64,000 bases of DNA from Mesotaenium endlicherianum (Eukaryota): assembly GCA_009602735.1 (NCBI GenBank), contig WELA01003597.1:62001-126000 (forward strand), read 5' to 3'. Shown one piece after another: positions 59,213 through 64,000 of this stretch; position 1 is the stretch's first letter; every line of letters begins with the position of its first letter. The position numbers and the translations under genes were made by a program. A model generated the notes under the pieces. That model was not told where the DNA came from. It searched no databases and worked only from the letters and a program-made list of their open reading frames with translations.

Positions 59213-59715
59213 TGTAGTGAAACAGATAGATCAAGTACTTAGTAAAACAGAATACTTTATCTATTCAAGACAAGGATCTTTGAACACAAGTGGTAGCTTC
59301 TTGAAAGAGAGATGGCTTCTTGAAAGTTAATATATTTCTGGATTTTGGCAAGTACAAGAGTGATTCTGGAATGTCTTTCTATGTTCTAGCTCTTGTTTAT
59401 ATACTTGCTACATAAGTAATTTCTAGGAAGGTGTATGTTGATGTGTTGGCACCCAACACATCCCAAAACTTGCCACCTCTTTCTAAAATAATGTACACAT
59501 GTCCTTTTGACCTAAAAATGGCACATTTGACTTTTGCCACATGGAGTTCTTCTGGGTCTTTCATCTAACTTCGAAAATGCCTTGGAAGGTTCAAAGGACA
59601 TGAACCAAGTTACTAGAGTACCTATTCACACTTGACTCCACACAATACCACTCCAAATATATTTGAAAACATTAAAATATATGCAAACTAATATATAATA
59701 ACTCAAATCACTACA
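59213..59715 (-). repeat. 5' LTR of element C
   Basis: Direct repeat of 53362-53863, next to PBS. Confidence 0.95.
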
Positions 59716-60419
59716 ACTGCCCATCCCAGCTGGACGCTGGGAAACTATATCCATGGACTAAGTGGTTTCACTACCAAGAACTGCCAATGGGCATGATTCA
59801 ATACTGGTAGTCGTGGATAAACTGACAAAAATGGTCATTTTTATCCCCACAACTGTCAAAGTGACTGCACTCGAAACGGCGAGACAGTTCTACAACCATG
59901 TAGTATGCCAACATGGGCTCCCTTCTAATATCATCTCAGACAGAGACTCAAAATTTACCTCTAAGTTCTGGAGAGCTTNNNNNNNNNNCACAAGTGGTAG
60001 CTTCTTGAAAGAGAGATGGCTTCTTGAAAGTTAATATATTTCTGGATTTTGGCAAGTACAAGAGTGATTCTGGAATGTCTTTCTATGTTCTAGCTCTTGT
60101 TTATATACTTGCTACATAAGTAATTTCTAGGAAGGTGTATGTTGATGTGTTGGCACCCAACACATCCCAAAACTTGCCACCTCTTTCTAAAATAATGTAC
60201 ACATGTCCTTTTGACCTAAAAATGGCACATTTGACTTTTGCCACATGGAGTTCTTCTGGGTCTTTCATCTAACTTCGAAAATGCCTTGGAAGGTTCAAAG
60301 GACATGAACCAAGTTACTAGAGTACCTATTCACACTTGACTCCACACAATACCACTCCAAATATATTTGAAAACATTAAAATATATGCAAACTAATATAT
60401 AATAACTCAAATCACTACA

Positions 60420-61553
60420 ACTGCCCATCCCAGCTGGACGCTGGGAAACTATATCCATGGACTAAGTGGTTTCACTACCAAGAACTGCCAATGGGCATGA
60501 TTCAATACTGGTAGTCGTGGATAAACTGACAAAAATGGTCATTTTTATCCCCACAACTGTCAAAGTGACTGCACTCGAAACGGCGAGACAGTTCTACAAC
60601 CATGTAGTATGCCAACATGGGCTCCCTTCTAATATCATCTCAGACAGAGACTCAAAATTTACCTCTAAGTTCTGGAGAGCTTCAATGGGGTTAATGGGAG
60701 TCAAACAGCTTCTCAGCACAGCCAACCACCCTCAGACTGATGGGCAGGCTGAAAGAACTAACCAAGTTCTGCAGGAGGTGCTGAGAGCATATATTAACCA
60801 AAAACAAGATAATTGGGATGACCTGTTGCCTCAAATTCAGTTTGCGGTCAACAGTGCGGTGCACACGTCAACGAGCAAGACTCCTTTTGAACTCAGCCTC
60901 GATAGAGTCCCTAAGTCTCCTTTAGATGTACTGGGGGAGTCTTTAACTGACCCGCATGGGATTGACAACAGGGTCTCCCTCCAGTTAACTCAGGAGTTTG
61001 CTGACACCCTGTCAGAAGTCCAACAAAACCTGCACACAGCACAAGAAAACCAACAAAAATACGCTAATCAACACCGTCGGGAGCTGACATTTTCTAAGGG
61101 CGATTTAGTCAAACTGCATTCTCAGCACCTGTACCTCCCTGGTGTGGTCAAGAAAAAGCTTGGCCCTGTCTGGGTTGGTCCATATTCGGTGAACGTCGTG
61201 TCGGTCAAAATGCTTACAAACTGAACATGTCAGCTGACTACAAGGGTCACCCGGTCTTTAATGTCTCCTTCCTGGAACCATACATCAAAGGTGATTCACT
61301 ATTCACAGGTCGGTTACCTGTCCAACCGATACCGGTCCCCGCTGTTCGGGACGGCGATCCTGAGGAATATGAGGTCGAGGAGACTTTAGACGCTCGCTCG
61401 GTCCGTCGATCGTCTAAATATGTCATGAAGTACCTCATCCGATGGAAGGGTTACGATGCCTCTGGGGACACTTGGGAATTTAAAGATCAGCTGACCAATG
61501 CCAAAGGGGCGTTGAAACAGTTCCACCTTCGGACGGCTAGGGCACCTCCCTAA
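60420..61553 (+). pseudogene. Family-B pol, part 2 (integrase core, GPY/F, chromodomain)
   Basis: PIPAGRWETISMD*, VVDKLTKM, IISDRDSKFTS, HPQTDGQAERTNQ, WVGPY, frameshift near 61195, chromodomain EYEVEETLDAR..YLIRWKGYDASGDTWE. Confidence 0.92.
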
Positions 61554-61877
61554 CAGTCATTTCAGTTGACACGAAAAGGTGACAGGCGGTCCTGTCTCCA
61601 TATAAGTTGGAGGGGGATGTGACAGTTAGTGATAGTTGTGACAGGCAGCCCACCTTTAAATTTAAGTTGGAGGGAGTGGTATTCTCTGATCACCATATTA
61701 CACACTCAACCTGCGCTCACACTCACTTGCTCTCTAACTCAATTTTCCCTTATATTCACTCACACCAGGTATTCCACACTAGGAACTCTCCCGATCGCGT
61801 TCCTCTTCATCAAGGGCACTCAGTAGCGGCAAAATATCATGACTTCACTAACTGCATTGTGTTTATGATTGAGCAGG

Positions 61878-63545
61878 ATGACTCAAAAGTCGGAACTCAA
61901 GAGGAAGAGAAGGGCGGAAGAGGCACATGCAGAATACTTGCAATTCCGTGGAGACATCGAATCATCTTCCATCTCCGCTCGGGAATCACAACGACTCCAA
62001 CAACAGCGGGAGGCACAGAAGAAGAAGGAGGAGGAGGAACAGGCCAGACTGAGGCAGGAAGAAATGGACAGAAAAGCTGCAGAGGAGGCCAAGAAAGCAG
62101 AGGAGGAGAGGCAAGCTGAGGAGAAGCGGAAGCAGCAGGCTGAAGAAGAAGAACAGAGGAGAATCAGCAGCTACCGCTACACGGTGCTGGGCAAGGGCTT
62201 TGATCTACTGGAGGAGGCCTTCAAGTATGCCCAGAGAAGTCGCAGTGAGTCGCAGAAGGAAATCCTCCAGAAGGAAGGGGAGACATCCGAAAACTTTGAC
62301 AAGTATATAGAGGTCGGCACAGGGCTCCTCCTCTACCACGATTACGCCAGGATGGTAGGATATACCATCGGAGAGGCCAAGGCAATGGCCCAGGTGAACG
62401 AAGCAGGAGCTGTCTCGATTCCTGGTATCTGGGGGGCAGATAGGGTCATCAGGATGATCCCCATGGACGCGGACAGCTTCAAGGACTCAACACCCCACAA
62501 CAGGTTCAAGGCCATGTACAATGAGGTGGAGAGGAGGAGCTGGGAATTCTTGGCCAGGGAAACCAGTCAGCTGGACTTTGCAGGGCACTGGTACCCTTGT
62601 ACTCTTAAAAAGACAGACGCTGCCTTCTTCCAAAAGCCCACTGATTGGCGGTGGATGACCATCAACATGAGGGACCAGCAGAATGACAGGGCGACGGATG
62701 AGGATTTCCTGACAGACCTAAAGGGGAACATAGTATTGCCCCCTCACATTGCGGCTTGGGACCCAAGATTGGATGGAGTCAGAGACTGCATGAGCCAAGA
62801 GATGCAGGGGGACAGAAGCAGGGCCCAAGAGTCATTCTCCAAAGGGAAGCACGCTTATGCCAAATGGGCAAGTAAGTAGGGGGAAAAGGACCTCTATGCG
62901 GTCCGGACTCAGCAGCCCCCACCAGCACCCAAAAGGGGAAGGTCAGTAGGATATTCTTTTTCTCGGGAAGAGCTGGAGCAGCTGACAAAAGAGACCCCAG
63001 AAGTCTCAGAGGAACCCGGGGACGGCGAGGAGGAGGAGTCAGAGGAAGACAAGGAGGAAGGCGAGGAGGAGGACACTAGCCCCGCCGTGATCCTGACGCC
63101 TGCCACCTCCCCTGTAAGAGAGAAGACGGGGTTGGCCCTGCAGCAACTCGCTGAAGAGGAGGATATCACTTGGCTGGGAACTGCCAGAAGATAGACCCCA
63201 TCTCCAGGCAAGGAGACCCAGTCAGACAGGGCAGACAGGAGGGCTGCTCGGGAGATAGCCAGAGGCCTGCCAGCATCTCCCTCGCAGAGAGGGCATGTAC
63301 CCTTGGCTCATGTCATGCAACATCCTACTGGGATGCCGGTATATGTACCAGTCAGCTTGAAGGTTGCCCAGGAGAAGGTTGCCTCCCTTCAGTTTCAGAC
63401 TGTGCTGGAGGAAACAGCCCAGTTATTGCGTTCTCCGCCGGGTCCTTACTCGGAACCTCCTTCCCTGACAGGCTTCAGAAGACCCCAAGACAGGAGGAGG
63501 TCTGGCTCCCCTGAGTATAGGGCCTCAGGGACATCCTCCTCCTAA
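61878..63545 (+). CDS. Accessory ORF of unknown function downstream of integrase in a chromovirus (555 codons; two in-frame TAG at 62877 and 63192)
   Basis: Single frame from ATG 61878 to TAA 63545; colinear homologs at 12805-13668 (-) and 47987-48885 (-) align across both stops. Confidence 0.8.
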
Positions 63546-63630
63546 GGGCAGTAGGCTGGGGACGAGAGGGACAGCACGCTGTTATTAGTGTGAGTGTTGT
63601 CGAGGCGACAACATGATAAGTTGGAGGGAT

Positions 63631-64000
63631 TATAATGAATCAATATATTGGTTGATATAATATTCATTCAAATAATATAGTTAAATAAGTTCAGCCTGCT
63701 GAACTCTACTAAATGATTAGTGTGCTGGACTTTATATTTAATATCAGTTTAATGACTCGGCCGGAAGTAGCAGGCTGAGGTCACCTTAAGTCAGCTTGCT
63801 GACACATTCTTTGACAGCCAGCTGACTTCCGTACTCGGTAGCAGCGAACTGCCTCGATATGCTTCTAAGTGTGGTGTGCTAGATGAATGGCCAGATGACA
63901 TCCCTATGATGGATGGCGATTCGGGATGATGGGAGATGGCGGTGGATTTGGTTAACCGAGGTCCTACCAACGTGGTTAACTCCCGGGTAGGCGGTGCCAT
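63631..64000 (+). repeat. 3' LTR, family B (truncated by window end)
   Basis: Follows PPT TAAGTTGGAGGGAT; starts TATAATGAATC (TG->TA); homologous to 45820 LTR and the solo LTR. Confidence 0.9.

Larger units (their letters stand above)
53362..59715 (-). mobile_element. Young full-length Ty3/gypsy chromovirus ('element C') nested in family-B integrase
   Basis: LTRs 53362-53863 and 59213-59715 (TGTAG...CTACA, few mismatches); 5-bp TSD ACTGC on both sides; PBS TGGTATCGGAGCT at ~59199-59211 (-); PPT GGGGGGGTGA at 53864-53873 (-); gag and pol ORFs. Confidence 0.96.
45820..64000 (+). mobile_element. Composite Ty3/gypsy chromovirus locus ('family B'): 5' LTR, PBS, gag, inverted pol derivative, pol, accessory ORF, PPT, 3' LTR running off the window
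   Basis: LTR 45820-46556, PBS TGGTATGAGAGCC 46558-46570, gag ~46591-47890, pol 51029-53361 + 60420-61553, accessory ORF 61878-63545, PPT 63617-63630, LTR from 63631. The two LTRs are visibly diverged, so the locus may be chimeric. Confidence 0.85.

Noticed and set aside
59978..60683. Apparent third element-C LTR and tandem duplication of the integrase start
   Set aside because: An apparently identical copy of ~59287-59977 directly across an N-gap; most likely a scaffolding overlap artefact.
62871..62880. GTAAGT donor-like site at the first stop in the accessory ORF
   Set aside because: The homolog at 48.6-48.7 kb aligns in frame without a gap across this position, so it is a nonsense mutation rather than an intron.
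61878..63545. Calling the accessory ORF 'env'
   Set aside because: No signal peptide, transmembrane helix or fusion-peptide-like hydrophobic segment is visible; the protein is highly charged.

Overview
Eukaryotic, intron-rich genomic DNA of plant type, probably a streptophyte alga or other non-seed plant (inferred from gene content and intron style). It holds four spliced host genes that I reconstructed by hand: (1) a 5'-truncated NodGS/FluG-like amidohydrolase-glutamine synthetase fusion (+, 295-10439) that contains a U12-type AT-AC intron; (2) a RecQ4/BLM-type helicase (-, 28360-36085); (3) a small NOL7/Utp16-like nucleolar protein gene, only partly captured by the ORF track (+, 36973-38870); (4) an ERD4/OSCA (CSC1-like) channel (-, 39443-43523). 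Two clusters of nested Ty3/gypsy chromovirus-type LTR retrotransposons fill about 12.8-25.3 kb and 44.5-64 kb. The main candidate for a new system is one chromovirus family that carries an extra ~555-codon sense ORF between integrase/chromodomain and the 3' LTR. It occurs in three diverged copies and is not env-like. In two copies it is preceded by a conserved ~105-nt GT-AG intron (CACTAAC branch point, CAG|gATG). The family also has repeated hairpin+polypurine-tract modules with compensatory base changes, shared with a non-coding LARD-like partner element. Other observations: a 1.9-kb fold-back of pol, a -1 frameshift signal in a second chromovirus, a CHG-type C->T decay signature, and assembly artefacts at the N positions. 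All exon coordinates come from manual reading and have no transcript support.
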